Under the pieces are notes generated by a model, which was given only the letters and a program-made list of their open reading frames with translations, was not told the DNA's origin and searched no databases. A stretch of 32,000 bases of DNA from Glaesserella australis (GTDB lineage: Bacteria; Pseudomonadota; Gammaproteobacteria; Enterobacterales; Pasteurellaceae): the NCBI RefSeq assembly GCF_003260095.1, contig NZ_PTPX01000011.1, forward strand, positions 1-32,000, read 5' to 3'. This document shows positions 9,389-17,512 of this stretch, piece by piece. Position 1 is the first letter of the stretch. The number at the start of each line of letters is the position of its first letter. The position numbers were made by a program, and so were the translations under genes.

Positions 9389-9443
9389 CGCTTGTACTTG
9401 CAGAAAAATCTCAGTACAAGCGGTAAAATCCGCTTACTTTTTT
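9389..9443 (+). terminator. hemL terminator region (two hairpins built around a USS, then a T-run)
   Basis: CGCTTGTACT (9389-9398) pairs with AGTACAAGCG (9413-9422). AAGCGG-TAAAAT-CCGCTT follows, and then TTTTTT (9438-9443). Confidence 0.6.
9416..9424 (+). repeat. Uptake signal sequence core ACAAGCGGT
   Basis: Exact 9-mer downstream of hemL, with TTTTTTACAAAT 12 nt downstream. Confidence 0.8.
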
Positions 9444-9498
9444 ACAAATTTTGCTACAATCTTGGAAATCCACTTTTTATCAGCAAAAGAGACAAATA

Positions 9499-11208
9499 AT
9501 GATAAATACTAGCTCCTTTAACCGTTCTTGGTCACGTGTTGTATTAAATGCCCTACTTCGCTATGGCGTAAAACATTTTTGTATTGCCCCCGGCTCACGC
9601 TCTACGCCATTAACGTTAGAAGCGGTTCATTTACAAAAGCAAAACCAAGCGGAATGTCACACGCATTTTGATGAGCGTGGCTTAGGCTTTTTTGCGCTAG
9701 GGTTAGCGAAAGCGACCAATGAACCTGTTGCCATTATTGTGACATCCGGTACCGCGGTGGCAAACCTTTATCCTGCGGTGATTGAAGCAAGTATTTCTCA
9801 TCATAAATTAATTGTACTCTCAGCAGATCGCCCATTAGAGCTGATTGATTGTGGCGCAAATCAAGCTATCCAACAACCACATATTTTTGCTGATTATCCA
9901 GCTGTGAGCCTTAACTTACCGAAACCAAGTCCGCAATATAGCGCAAATTGGTTGGTAGGCAGAGTGGAATATGCTTGCTCTGTCCAAGCGACACAAGGCG
10001 GTGTTGTGCATCTCAATCTACCGTTTGAAGAGCCGTTATATGAAGCGGACGAAGATGAAATCGCTCAAACTCCGTGGTTTGCCCCTATTTTAAGTTGGTT
10101 AAATAAACCTAAAGTTAAATGGTATGACCAACAGGCAACTCAAAAAGATGTGCTAATGCATGAAAATTGGGATTATTGGCGTACTAAACGTGGCGTCATT
10201 GTGGTGGGTAAGTTACCACTTGAACAAGGCATGGGGTTAAAACTTTGGGCGGAGACGCTAGGTTGGTGTCTAATCAGTGACGTTCAATCTGGCATTGATG
10301 CATCTCTGCCTTATGCTGATGTGTGGTTATCAAACAAAACCGTTGAACAACGCTTACTTCAAGCGGATATTGTGATTCAATTTGGAACACAAATCGTCAG
10401 CAAGCGAGTCAATCAGTTTTTATCTGCGTTTAAAGGAGAATTTTGGTTAGTCGATGAATCAGTCGATTACTTGAACACCTATTCTCACCCACAAACCCGT
10501 TTTGTTGCCAAAGCACACCATTTTACCCGTGTGCATCCGCCATTGCGTCAAAAACCATGGTTACTTGAACCGCTTGCGCTATCACAATTTTGTGAAACCT
10601 TTATTGAACAGCAAGTCGGCGGAAACCTAAATGAAGCATCACTGGCTCACCATATTGAGCGAGTATTGCCTGCCAATGGCAACCTTTTCTTAGGCAATAG
10701 CTTATTTGTCCGTTTGGTCGATGCATTATGTAAATTGCCTGAAAGCTATCCAATCTATACCAACCGTGGAGCAAGCGGTATTGATGGCTTAATTGCGACA
10801 GTGGCAGGCATTGCCAAAGGAAGTGGTCAGCCTACGGTAGCCGTTATTGGCGATATTTCAACGCTACATGATCTCAATTCTGTGGCGCTATTACGCCAAA
10901 TTACTCAACCAACTATTTTGTTTGTGATCAACAACAATGGTGGAGCAATTTTCGATATGTTGCCAGTTGAAGCACAAGCTAAAGAGAAATTCTATCGCCT
11001 AAGTCACAATTTTGAATTTTCACAAATTGCGACTATGTTTGGTTTAGAATATCTACGTCCTTACACTTGGGCAGATTTAGGTACGAAACTGAAACAAGCC
11101 TACGCTCGCCGTGGCGTGACGATTGTGGAAATCAAAGTCAATGACCAAGAAGGCAGTAGCTTATACAAATCCATCATTGAACAGATCTCTCGAGCATCTA
11201 TCGACTAA
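9499..11208 (+). CDS. menD: 2-succinyl-5-enolpyruvyl-6-hydroxy-3-cyclohexene-1-carboxylate (SEPHCHC) synthase
   Basis: Colinear with E. coli MenD from MINTSSFNRSW (E. coli MSVSAFNRRW). Motifs CIAPGSRSTPLT, THFDERGLGF, VTSGTAVANLYPA, ADRP.ELIDCGANQAI and the ThDP motif GDISTLHDLNS...NNNGG are present. The track start at 9451 is a non-ATG upstream extension. Confidence 0.95.
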   Translation: MINTSSFNRSWSRVVLNALLRYGVKHFCIAPGSRSTPLTLEAVHLQKQNQAECHTHFDERGLGFFALGLAKATNEPVAIIVTSGTAVANLYPAVIEASISHHKLIVLSADRPLELIDCGANQAIQQPHIFADYPAVSLNLPKPSPQYSANWLVGRVEYACSVQATQGGVVHLNLPFEEPLYEADEDEIAQTPWFAPILSWLNKPKVKWYDQQATQKDVLMHENWDYWRTKRGVIVVGKLPLEQGMGLKLWAETLGWCLISDVQSGIDASLPYADVWLSNKTVEQRLLQADIVIQFGTQIVSKRVNQFLSAFKGEFWLVDESVDYLNTYSHPQTRFVAKAHHFTRVHPPLRQKPWLLEPLALSQFCETFIEQQVGGNLNEASLAHHIERVLPANGNLFLGNSLFVRLVDALCKLPESYPIYTNRGASGIDGLIATVAGIAKGSGQPTVAVIGDISTLHDLNSVALLRQITQPTILFVINNNGGAIFDMLPVEAQAKEKFYRLSHNFEFSQIATMFGLEYLRPYTWADLGTKLKQAYARRGVTIVEIKVNDQEGSSLYKSIIEQISRASID

Positions 11209-11972
11209 TGTTAGCGCATCAATGGCACAGTGATTCTGGTATCCCCGTGGTATTTCTCCACGGGTTTCTAGGTTCTCGCCACGATTGGCAGGAAGTTATT
11301 GGCTATTTGCAAAAATTTCCGCAAATCCGACCGCTTGTTATCGATCTCCCCTTTCATCACCAAAGTTCTCATATTGCTTGCCATCATTTTGACGAGATGA
11401 GAACGCTATTTCATGCGACACTTCAACAGCTTGGCGAAGAAAACTTCTATCTTGTTGGCTATTCCTTAGGGGGAAGAATTGTCTTAGATTATGCGTTAAA
11501 TGTTGCAAATCCTTATTTGAAAGGCGTGTTACTTGAAGGGGCAAATATTGGTTTAGCAACACAGAAAGAAAAAGAGGCTCGCTGGCAAAATGATTGCGTA
11601 TGGGCAGAACGCTTTGCGACGGAACCATTGAGAAACGTCTTAAAAGATTGGTATCAACAAGCGGTCTTTTCTGACCTAAATTTTGCAAAACGGCATGACA
11701 TCATTGAAAAAAGGCTAGATAACGACGGAAAGTCGCTTGCCCAAATGCTTAAAGCTACAAGTCTTGCTAAACAAAGTTACTTTGCACCTAAACAGATTAA
11801 ACATAGCGCATCTCCAATTAAGTTTATCATTGGCGAAAGAGATCAAAAATTTCGCCAGATGGTTGAGCAACATCAGCTTGCCCATCATCTCATTCCAAAT
11901 GCAGGGCATAACGCCCACATTGAAAACCCGCAAGCCTTTGCGGAATATCTTGTTAACTTTATTTTACCTTAG
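11208..11972 (+). CDS. menH: 2-succinyl-6-hydroxy-2,4-cyclohexadiene-1-carboxylate (SHCHC) synthase, alpha/beta hydrolase
   Basis: Nucleophile elbow GYSLGGR and a C-terminal GHNAH histidine motif. TAATG overlap with menD. The menD-menH order matches enterobacteria. Confidence 0.88.
   Translation: MLAHQWHSDSGIPVVFLHGFLGSRHDWQEVIGYLQKFPQIRPLVIDLPFHHQSSHIACHHFDEMRTLFHATLQQLGEENFYLVGYSLGGRIVLDYALNVANPYLKGVLLEGANIGLATQKEKEARWQNDCVWAERFATEPLRNVLKDWYQQAVFSDLNFAKRHDIIEKRLDNDGKSLAQMLKATSLAKQSYFAPKQIKHSASPIKFIIGERDQKFRQMVEQHQLAHHLIPNAGHNAHIENPQAFAEYLVNFILP
11329..11338 (-). repeat. Uptake signal sequence ACAAGCGGTC
   Basis: GACCGCTTGT on the plus strand inside menH. The TTTTTGCAAAT module sits 13 nt away. 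Confidence 0.85.
11657..11666 (+). repeat. Uptake signal sequence ACAAGCGGTC
   Basis: Exact 10-mer inside menH, with TTTTGCAAAA 14 nt downstream. Confidence 0.85.
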
Positions 11973-11980
11973 GAAAATCT

Positions 11981-12211
11981 ATGGCTTTACACCGCTGCCC
12001 TGAATGTCGTAAAAAAATCAGTGAAAGTGCAATCAGTTGCCCAAATTGTGGCTTTTCATTTAAAGAAGAAGATTTAGAAGTTTATAAGCAAAAACTTGAG
12101 CAACGTCGATTACACAACCAAGAGATTAACAAACGCAGTGCGAAGCTCCATTTAATTTGGCTGGCTATTTTTAGTTTAGTGCTTATCATCGCAACTTTAT
12201 GGCAAGCTTAA
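11981..12211 (+). CDS. Small zinc-ribbon protein with C-terminal transmembrane anchor (76 aa)
   Basis: CPEC-x10-CPNC zinc-ribbon motif at the N-terminus, a charged central segment, and a C-terminal hydrophobic helix (LHLIWLAIFSLVLIIATLW). AGGAAA RBS. It starts 8 nt after the menH stop and is followed by a strong terminator. Confidence 0.65.
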   Translation: MALHRCPECRKKISESAISCPNCGFSFKEEDLEVYKQKLEQRRLHNQEINKRSAKLHLIWLAIFSLVLIIATLWQA

Positions 12212-12215
12212 AAGC

Positions 12216-12241
12216 AAAACGGCTACTTTCGTAGCCGTTTT
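12216..12241. terminator. Bidirectional rho-independent terminator
   Basis: AAAACGGCTAC-TTTC-GTAGCCGTTTT is a perfect 11-bp stem flanked by an A-run and a T-run. It lies between the convergent zinc-ribbon gene and comEA. Confidence 0.85.
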
Positions 12242-12246
12242 CGATT

Positions 12247-12858
12247 TTAGAAGCTGATTGATGATTTGATTTTTGATAATGTTGCTTCACCAATACCTGA
12301 TACTTTTGATAATTCAGAAATATCTTTAATACTGCCATTCTTATTACGGTAATCAATAATCGCTTTTGCTTTCGCTTCACCAATACCAGTTAGTGTTTGC
12401 AATGTTTTAGCATCTGCGGTATTGATATTCACTTTACCCGTTGTTGCAGCTGCTTTAGTCGAAGTTGCTTTTGATGTTACGTTTTCTTTGGCTGAACTTA
12501 CTGCATTAGTCGCTGAAGTTTTTGTTGAAGCAACTTTAGTTGTCGCATTTTCTTTCACTGAACTCACCGCATTAGTTGCCGAAATTTTTGTTGAAGCAAC
12601 TTTTGCTGTCGCATTTTCTTTCACTGAACTTACTGCATTCGTCGCTGATGCTTTTGTTGAAGCAACTTTAGTTGTCGCATTTTCTTTCACTGAACTTACT
12701 GCATCTGTTGCAGCTGATTTTGCAGAAGTTTTCGCTGAAGTGACCGCTTGTGTTGCACTCTCTTTTACTGATGTTAATGGATTTGTCGTTTCTGCAAATG
12801 AAGTTGAAGAAACAGCCATTACGATTCCGAGTGCAAGTAGTGATTTTAATGATTTCAT
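12247..12858 (-). CDS. comEA: ComEA/ComE1-like periplasmic DNA-binding competence protein with an N-terminal tandem-repeat region
   Basis: Signal peptide MKSLKSLLALGIVMAVSSTSFA. The C-terminal domain has two helix-hairpin-helix motifs (LQTLTGIGEAKAKAII and LSKVSGIGEATLSKI), preceded by VNINTA. The middle consists of 22-aa repeats (NAVSSVKENATxKVASTKxSAT). Confidence 0.88.
   Translation of the reverse strand: MKSLKSLLALGIVMAVSSTSFAETTNPLTSVKESATQAVTSAKTSAKSAATDAVSSVKENATTKVASTKASATNAVSSVKENATAKVASTKISATNAVSSVKENATTKVASTKTSATNAVSSAKENVTSKATSTKAAATTGKVNINTADAKTLQTLTGIGEAKAKAIIDYRNKNGSIKDISELSKVSGIGEATLSKIKSSISF
12425..12754. repeat. 66-bp tandem repeat, about 5 units (three units at about 86-94% identity, flanked by diverged units)
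   Basis: Units start at 12491, 12557, 12623 and 12689, with a diverged unit at 12425. By my hand alignment, units 12491 and 12623 differ at about 4 of 66 positions. The repeats are in frame and encode the 22-aa ComEA repeats. Confidence 0.9.
12742..12751 (-). repeat. Uptake signal sequence ACAAGCGGTC
   Basis: GACCGCTTGT on the plus strand, inside the comEA coding sequence. Confidence 0.85.
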
Positions 12859-12948
12859 AAAGAACCCTTATAAAAATAAACAAAGTAAAAAAGTATTCAC
12901 TCAGACTAACTAAATCAAGAGAAGTTCCCTTTTATACAAAAAACACGC

Positions 12949-14391
12949 TTAAACATCCTCATTATTCTGGCGACGCTCACCCAATAAGTTCCCACATAAA
13001 AAGGCAATTAATCCAATACAAAGTGATGGCACAATCACATGGAAATTAAGTATTTTGATACCTAGAATAGTCAATCCTACATAGCTTCCTAAGCCCGCAA
13101 TCATTGAACATAATGCCCCTGTCGCATTCGCTTTTTTCCAAAAGAGTCCTAATATAATGACCCATAAGAAAGTCGCTTCTAATCCGCCTAATGAGAGCAG
13201 GTTTAACCAAATTAACATTTCAGGCGGGTTAATTGAGGCAAAAATTAATAAGATACAGATCACCAAGGTTGTAGTGGTGGAGAAAAACTTAATTTTTCTT
13301 TCATCACTTATCGCATTAGGTCTAATCGCAAGATAGAGATCTTTGATGAGCGTTGATGAAGATTGAATCAACATCGAATCAATCGACGACATAATTGCAG
13401 CCATCGGCGCAGCCAAGAAAATACCTGCAACAAATGGCGGTAATACTTGCATCATAAGCGTTGGAATAACTTGATCGGCAACTTTTAAATCAGGTAACAG
13501 CGCTCGACCTAATGTTCCAGCTAAATGCATGCCAAACATTAAGATTGCCACAACGATAGTACCAATCACTAATGCTCTATGTAAGGCTCGGCTATCTTTA
13601 TATGCCATACTACGAACGGCAAGGTGAGGTAAACCAATTAAACCAAAACAAACCAATACCCAAAATGACGTCATAAACGTAAAGTCTAAAGGACGTTCAT
13701 CAATACCGTAAGGTTCAATTAATTGTGGGTTAATGATTTCTAGCTGCTTTATCGCCTGTTCAATTCCGCCTGTAGCATAAATGACTCCCCCTAATAATAA
13801 GAGCGTTCCCAACACCATCACCAGCCCTTGAACTGTATCCGTCAATACAACCGCCCTAAACCCGCCAATAAAGGTGTAGATTCCTACCGTCACTGCGAAA
13901 ATAAGAATGGATGTTGAATAAGATATGCCAAGTGTTGTTTCAAGCAAACGCCCTGCACCAATAAACTGAACAGTCATCATTGCAAAGAATGATAACAACA
14001 ACGCAAAACTGGATATCCAAACGACAAAACGATTTTGATAGCGAGCTAACAAAATATCATTAATCGTTACACTCTTGGTTTGACGAGCAAGTATCGCTAA
14101 TTTTTTACCGACAACACCTAAGGAAAGTAACACCGCTGGTACTTGAATCATGGCTAATAATACCCAGCCTAAACCATATTTATAGGCTGCACCAGGACCA
14201 CCAATAAAACTACTTGCGCCAACATAGGTTGCTGCTGTTGTCATGGCTAACACAAAACCAGACATCGAGCGTCCACCTACGTAATATTCTGACAAAAAAC
14301 TACCGCTTGTACGTTGGCGATAGGCATAATACGCCACGCCAAAAACAAAAACTAAATAAGCGATAAGAGGAAGTAACATCTCAAGATTCAT
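12949..14391 (-). CDS. panF: Sodium/pantothenate symporter (SSS family)
   Basis: 480 aa, colinear with E. coli PanF. Matching segments include FIGGPGAAYKYGLGWVLLAMIQ, FMTSFWVLVCFG.IGLPH, ILMFGMHLAG.LGRA and PPF.AGIFLAAPMAAIMS. Confidence 0.95.
   Translation of the reverse strand: MNLEMLLPLIAYLVFVFGVAYYAYRQRTSGSFLSEYYVGGRSMSGFVLAMTTAATYVGASSFIGGPGAAYKYGLGWVLLAMIQVPAVLLSLGVVGKKLAILARQTKSVTINDILLARYQNRFVVWISSFALLLSFFAMMTVQFIGAGRLLETTLGISYSTSILIFAVTVGIYTFIGGFRAVVLTDTVQGLVMVLGTLLLLGGVIYATGGIEQAIKQLEIINPQLIEPYGIDERPLDFTFMTSFWVLVCFGLIGLPHLAVRSMAYKDSRALHRALVIGTIVVAILMFGMHLAGTLGRALLPDLKVADQVIPTLMMQVLPPFVAGIFLAAPMAAIMSSIDSMLIQSSSTLIKDLYLAIRPNAISDERKIKFFSTTTTLVICILLIFASINPPEMLIWLNLLSLGGLEATFLWVIILGLFWKKANATGALCSMIAGLGSYVGLTILGIKILNFHVIVPSLCIGLIAFLCGNLLGERRQNNEDV
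14302..14310 (-). repeat. Uptake signal sequence core ACAAGCGGT
   Basis: ACCGCTTGT on the plus strand inside panF. Confidence 0.8.
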
Positions 14392-14620
14392 TTTTACTCT
14401 CTAAATCAATTTCTTTAAAAGCATACTTCACGACAACAGTCGTCACTAAAATTAATAATAATGGTAAATAAATACAAGAAAGTTCAAACCAAATTGGGAA
14501 ACCTAATAATCCCCTGCCATCTGGAGAAAAATAAGCAAAGCCAACCCAGCCAAGTACATATGACAATGTTAGCCATAATGTCCAACGGACTTCTTTAACA
14601 ATCTGTTGAGAAATTTTCAT
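14381..14620 (-). CDS. yhdT: YhdT family small membrane protein (DUF997)
   Basis: About 79 aa counted from MKISQQIVKEVRW, with two TM helices. It overlaps the panF start by 11 nt, as in the E. coli yhdT-panF pair. The longer track start at 14647 would run into the metJ terminator hairpin. Confidence 0.8.
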   Translation of the reverse strand: MKISQQIVKEVRWTLWLTLSYVLGWVGFAYFSPDGRGLLGFPIWFELSCIYLPLLLILVTTVVVKYAFKEIDLESKNES

Positions 14621-14630
14621 ATTAGCCCTT

Positions 14631-14656
14631 AAAACAAAACCTCGCATTTGCGAGGT
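14631..14656 (-). terminator. metJ rho-independent terminator
   Basis: Minus strand reads ACCTCG-CAAATG-CGAGGT followed by TTTTGTTTT, 12 nt after the metJ stop. Confidence 0.75.
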
Positions 14657-14667
14657 CTAAGTTGAAA

Positions 14668-14985
14668 TTAATATTGCCACTCGTCAGGATCTATCCCCAT
14701 CTCTCGCATTTTCATTTTTGCTTCTTCTGGGATCTCATCATGACGTTCTTTCATCAAATCTTCATCTGTAGGTAAAGGTTGTCCCGTAAATGCATGAAGA
14801 AATGCTTCACACAATAACTCACTGTTTGTTGCATGTCGAAGATTACGGATTTGGCGACGAGTACGCTCGTTGGTTAAAATCTCCAATACTTTGATCGGAA
14901 TAGACACCGTAATTTTCTTTACTTGCTCACTTTTCTTGCCATGTTCAGCATAGGGACTAATATATTCACCGTTCCAATTTGCCAT
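14668..14985 (-). CDS. metJ: Methionine repressor MetJ
   Basis: 105 aa. [25 protein letters not shown] and [25 protein letters not shown] are nearly identical to E. coli MetJ. Confidence 0.97.
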   Translation of the reverse strand: MANWNGEYISPYAEHGKKSEQVKKITVSIPIKVLEILTNERTRRQIRNLRHATNSELLCEAFLHAFTGQPLPTDEDLMKERHDEIPEEAKMKMREMGIDPDEWQY

Positions 14986-15018
14986 TGTTTTTACCTTTAA
15001 TTCAATGCAGTGGCACGT

Positions 15019-15066
15019 ATTCTAATCAAAACAGAGCCTTCTCGCAATCTAGACGTCTAGATTTGC
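15019..15066 (-). promoter_or_regulatory. metJ promoter with adjacent met-box operator
   Basis: Minus strand reads TTGCGA (15042-15047), a 17-nt spacer, then TAGAAT (15019-15024). Immediately upstream is a perfect MetJ box AGACGTCT (15051-15058) within the 14-bp palindrome TCTAGACGTCTAGA (15049-15062). It is flanked in 8-bp register by two 4/8 boxes. Confidence 0.65.
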
Positions 15067-15074
15067 CACTAATC

Positions 15075-15103
15075 AATAAAAAAGGCGACTATAAAAGCCG
15101 CCT
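15075..15103 (-). terminator. acpP rho-independent terminator
   Basis: Minus strand reads AGGCGGCT-TTTAT-AGTCGCCT (one G-U pair) followed by TTTTTTATT, 17 nt after the acpP stop. Confidence 0.8.
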
Positions 15104-15119
15104 ATTTCGAGAATAAATA

Positions 15120-15350
15120 TTATTGATTGTTTTGAACGTAATCAATCGCAGATTGAACAGTAGTGATTTTTTCTGCTTCTTCATCTGGAATTTCGATATC
15201 GAATTCTTCTTCTAAAGCCATCACTAACTCAACAGTGTCAAGAGAGTCTGCACCTAAATCTTCGATGAAAGAAGCTTCTGGTTTAACGTCTTCTGCTTTT
15301 GCACCAAGTTGATCAACGATAATTTTTTTTACGCGTTCTTCAATGCTCAT
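15120..15350 (-). CDS. acpP: Acyl carrier protein
   Basis: 76 aa with the phosphopantetheine attachment motif [20 protein letters not shown]. Very close to E. coli and H. influenzae AcpP. Confidence 0.97.
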   Translation of the reverse strand: MSIEERVKKIIVDQLGAKAEDVKPEASFIEDLGADSLDTVELVMALEEEFDIEIPDEEAEKITTVQSAIDYVQNNQ

Positions 15351-15575
15351 TTTTTGTTTCCTATGTGTAAATTCGCTAAGTGCGAGAGTGGATATAGTGT
15401 AAAGGAAAATTTGCTAAATTCAAGCCTTTTAATACAAGTCAAACCAGCGAAGATTTTCCTATACCCTAGATTTTATTAAGTTTCGCTAATCTTAGCGAAA
15501 AATCGGGAATTATTCTACCATTATGGCTATGGATTATCCATAGTGGATTTTTGATTGAATCGGTATTTATTGCTA

Positions 15576-15585
15576 ACAAGCGGTC
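15576..15585 (+). repeat. Uptake signal sequence ACAAGCGGTC
   Basis: Exact 10-mer in the acpP/proS intergenic region, followed by AGATTC and then TTTTTTTGCGATTTGCAAAAT. Confidence 0.85.
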
Positions 15586-15695
15586 AGATTCTAAGATTTT
15601 TTTGCGATTTGCAAAATTCTTTGCCGATCTCACCGCTTTTTGATTTAAAATACCGCCCATTTTGTTTTATAGATTGATACCAACAGGATAAATAA

Positions 15696-17411
15696 ATGCG
15701 TACAAGTCAATATCTTTTTTCCACCTTAAAGGAAACCCCAAACGATGCCCAAGTGGTGAGCCATCAGTTAATGTTGCGTGCAGGTATGATCCGACCGCTT
15801 GCATCAGGTATGTACAACTGGTTGCCGACAGGGTTGCGTGTGTTGAAAAAAGTGGAAAACATTATTCGTGACGAGATGAATAAAAGCGGAGCATTGGAAG
15901 TGGAAATGCCCGTGGTGCAACCTGCAGATCTTTGGATTGAGTCAGAGCGTTGGGAAGATTACGGCCCTGAATTATTGCGTTTTAAAGATCGTGGCGACCG
16001 CCCGTTTGTGCTTGGCCCGACTCACGAAGAAGTGATTACCGACTTGGTTCGCCGTGAAGTGAGTTCATACAAGCAGTTGCCGTTAAATCTGTATCAAATT
16101 CAAACCAAATTCCGTGACGAAGTGCGTCCACGTTTTGGCGTGATGCGTGGGCGTGAGTTTTTGATGAAAGACGCTTACTCGTTCCACACGACCAAAGAGT
16201 CGCTTCAAGAAACCTACGATGTGATGCACCAAACCTACAGCAACATTTTCACTCGTTTAGGGTTAGATTTCCGTCCTGTTGCGGCGGATACAGGGTCTAT
16301 CGGCGGTTCAGCGTCCCACGAGTTCCAAGTGTTAGCTCAAAGCGGTGAAGATGATGTGGTTTTTTCAACGGAGTCGGATTATGCGGCGAACATTGAGCTT
16401 GCCGAAGCGATTGCCGTGGGCGAACGTCAAGCTCCGACTGCGGAGATGGTGTTAGTCGATACGCCAAATGCGAAAACCATTGCCGAGTTGGTCGAGCAGT
16501 TCAATTTACCGATTGAAAAAACGGTGAAAACTTTGATTGTCAAAGGTTCAAGTGAAGAACAGCCTTTAGTTGCGTTAGTAATTCGTGGTGATCACGAACT
16601 CAATGAAATCAAAGCGGTAAAATGTGAAGAAGTAGCAGAGCCGTTTGCTTTTGCTGATGAAGCAGAAATCAAAGCGAAAATTGGGGCGGGTGTCGGTTCG
16701 CTCGGACCTGTCAATATGCCGATCCCTGTGATTGTGGATAGAAGCGTGGCGTTGATGAGCGATTTCGGTGCAGGGGCGAACATTGATGGCAAACACTATT
16801 TCAACATCAACTGGGAGCGTGATGTAGCGTTGCCGAAAGTGGCGGACTTGCGTAATGTGGTCGAAGGCGATCCAAGCCCAGATGGCAAAGGTACCTTGCT
16901 TATCAAGCGTGGGATTGAAGTAGGGCATATTTTCCAATTAGGTACCAAGTATTCAGAAGCGATGAAAGCGACAGTACAAGGGGAAGATGGGCGTCCACAA
17001 ACGATGATTATGGGCTGTTACGGTATCGGCGTAACCCGCGTGGTTGCAGCAGCGATTGAACAGCACCACGATGAGCGTGGCATTATTTGGCCAACGGACG
17101 CCATTGCACCATTCACCGTGGCGGTGGTACCGATGAATATGCACAAATCTGAAACCGTTCAGGCGTTTGCAGAAGATCTGTATAAAACCTTACGCACACA
17201 AGGCGTGGATGTGATTTTTGATGATCGCAAAGAGCGTCCGGGTGTGATGTTTGCCGATATGGAATTAATCGGCGTGCCACATATGGTCGTGATCGGTGAG
17301 AAAAACCTTGAAAATGGCGAAATTGAATATAAAAACCGCCGTACCGGTGAGAAACAGATGATTGCCAAAGAGCAGTTGTTGGATTTCTTAAAAGGGCAAA
17401 TCAAGGCATAA
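15696..17411 (+). CDS. proS: Prolyl-tRNA synthetase (bacterial type with INS editing domain)
   Basis: 571 aa, colinear with E. coli ProRS (572 aa). Matching segments include MRTSQYLLSTLKETP-like [42 protein letters not shown] and GCYGIGVTR. Confidence 0.97.
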   Translation: MRTSQYLFSTLKETPNDAQVVSHQLMLRAGMIRPLASGMYNWLPTGLRVLKKVENIIRDEMNKSGALEVEMPVVQPADLWIESERWEDYGPELLRFKDRGDRPFVLGPTHEEVITDLVRREVSSYKQLPLNLYQIQTKFRDEVRPRFGVMRGREFLMKDAYSFHTTKESLQETYDVMHQTYSNIFTRLGLDFRPVAADTGSIGGSASHEFQVLAQSGEDDVVFSTESDYAANIELAEAIAVGERQAPTAEMVLVDTPNAKTIAELVEQFNLPIEKTVKTLIVKGSSEEQPLVALVIRGDHELNEIKAVKCEEVAEPFAFADEAEIKAKIGAGVGSLGPVNMPIPVIVDRSVALMSDFGAGANIDGKHYFNINWERDVALPKVADLRNVVEGDPSPDGKGTLLIKRGIEVGHIFQLGTKYSEAMKATVQGEDGRPQTMIMGCYGIGVTRVVAAAIEQHHDERGIIWPTDAIAPFTVAVVPMNMHKSETVQAFAEDLYKTLRTQGVDVIFDDRKERPGVMFADMELIGVPHMVVIGEKNLENGEIEYKNRRTGEKQMIAKEQLLDFLKGQIKA

Positions 17412-17430
17412 TTTGCAAAATTTTAGCTAA

Positions 17431-17466
17431 AAAAGACCGCTTGTAAGTGATTACAAGCGGTCTTTT
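17431..17466. terminator. Bidirectional terminator formed by an inverted USS pair
   Basis: AAAAGACCGCTTGTAA-GTGA-TTACAAGCGGTCTTTT is a perfect 16-bp stem with A-run and T-run flanks. It lies between convergent proS and arcA and contains USS copies at 17435-17444 (minus) and 17453-17462 (plus). Confidence 0.9.
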
Positions 17467-17512
17467 TACATTGATTTTTCTAAGTTTTGGATAGTTTTAG
17501 TTGGCTGTTATA

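Noticed and set aside
11338-11688. Long antisense ORFs inside well-supported genes (11338-11688 in menH, 16575-16937 in proS, 22836-23147 opposite yicC, 27919-28293 in the TSUP gene, 341-637 opposite wecG)
   Set aside because: Each lies wholly within a gene that has strong ortholog-level support on the other strand. None shows a motif or RBS. They are typical shadow frames.
12422-12913. 163-aa plus-strand ORF with its own internal repeats (…VAFSFTELTA…)
   Set aside because: It is a shadow ORF on the opposite strand of the comEA tandem repeats. The repeat periodicity keeps the antisense frame open. The minus-strand product has a signal peptide and an HhH domain, and this ORF has nothing recognisable.
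12859-12948. Expected CRP-S (Sxy-dependent) competence promoter site TGCGA-N6-TCGCA upstream of comEA
   Set aside because: I scanned the 90-bp spacer on both strands and found no TGCGA or TCGCA half-site. The nearest candidate (GGCGACGCTCACC at about 12972, inside the panF 3' end) matches poorly. I make no claim either way about competence regulation.
15466-15660. 64-aa minus-strand ORF in the acpP/proS intergenic region
   Set aside because: It has no convincing RBS and its composition is that of basic, AT-rich translated spacer. It is crossed by a USS and by promoter-like DNA for proS. I treat it as non-coding.
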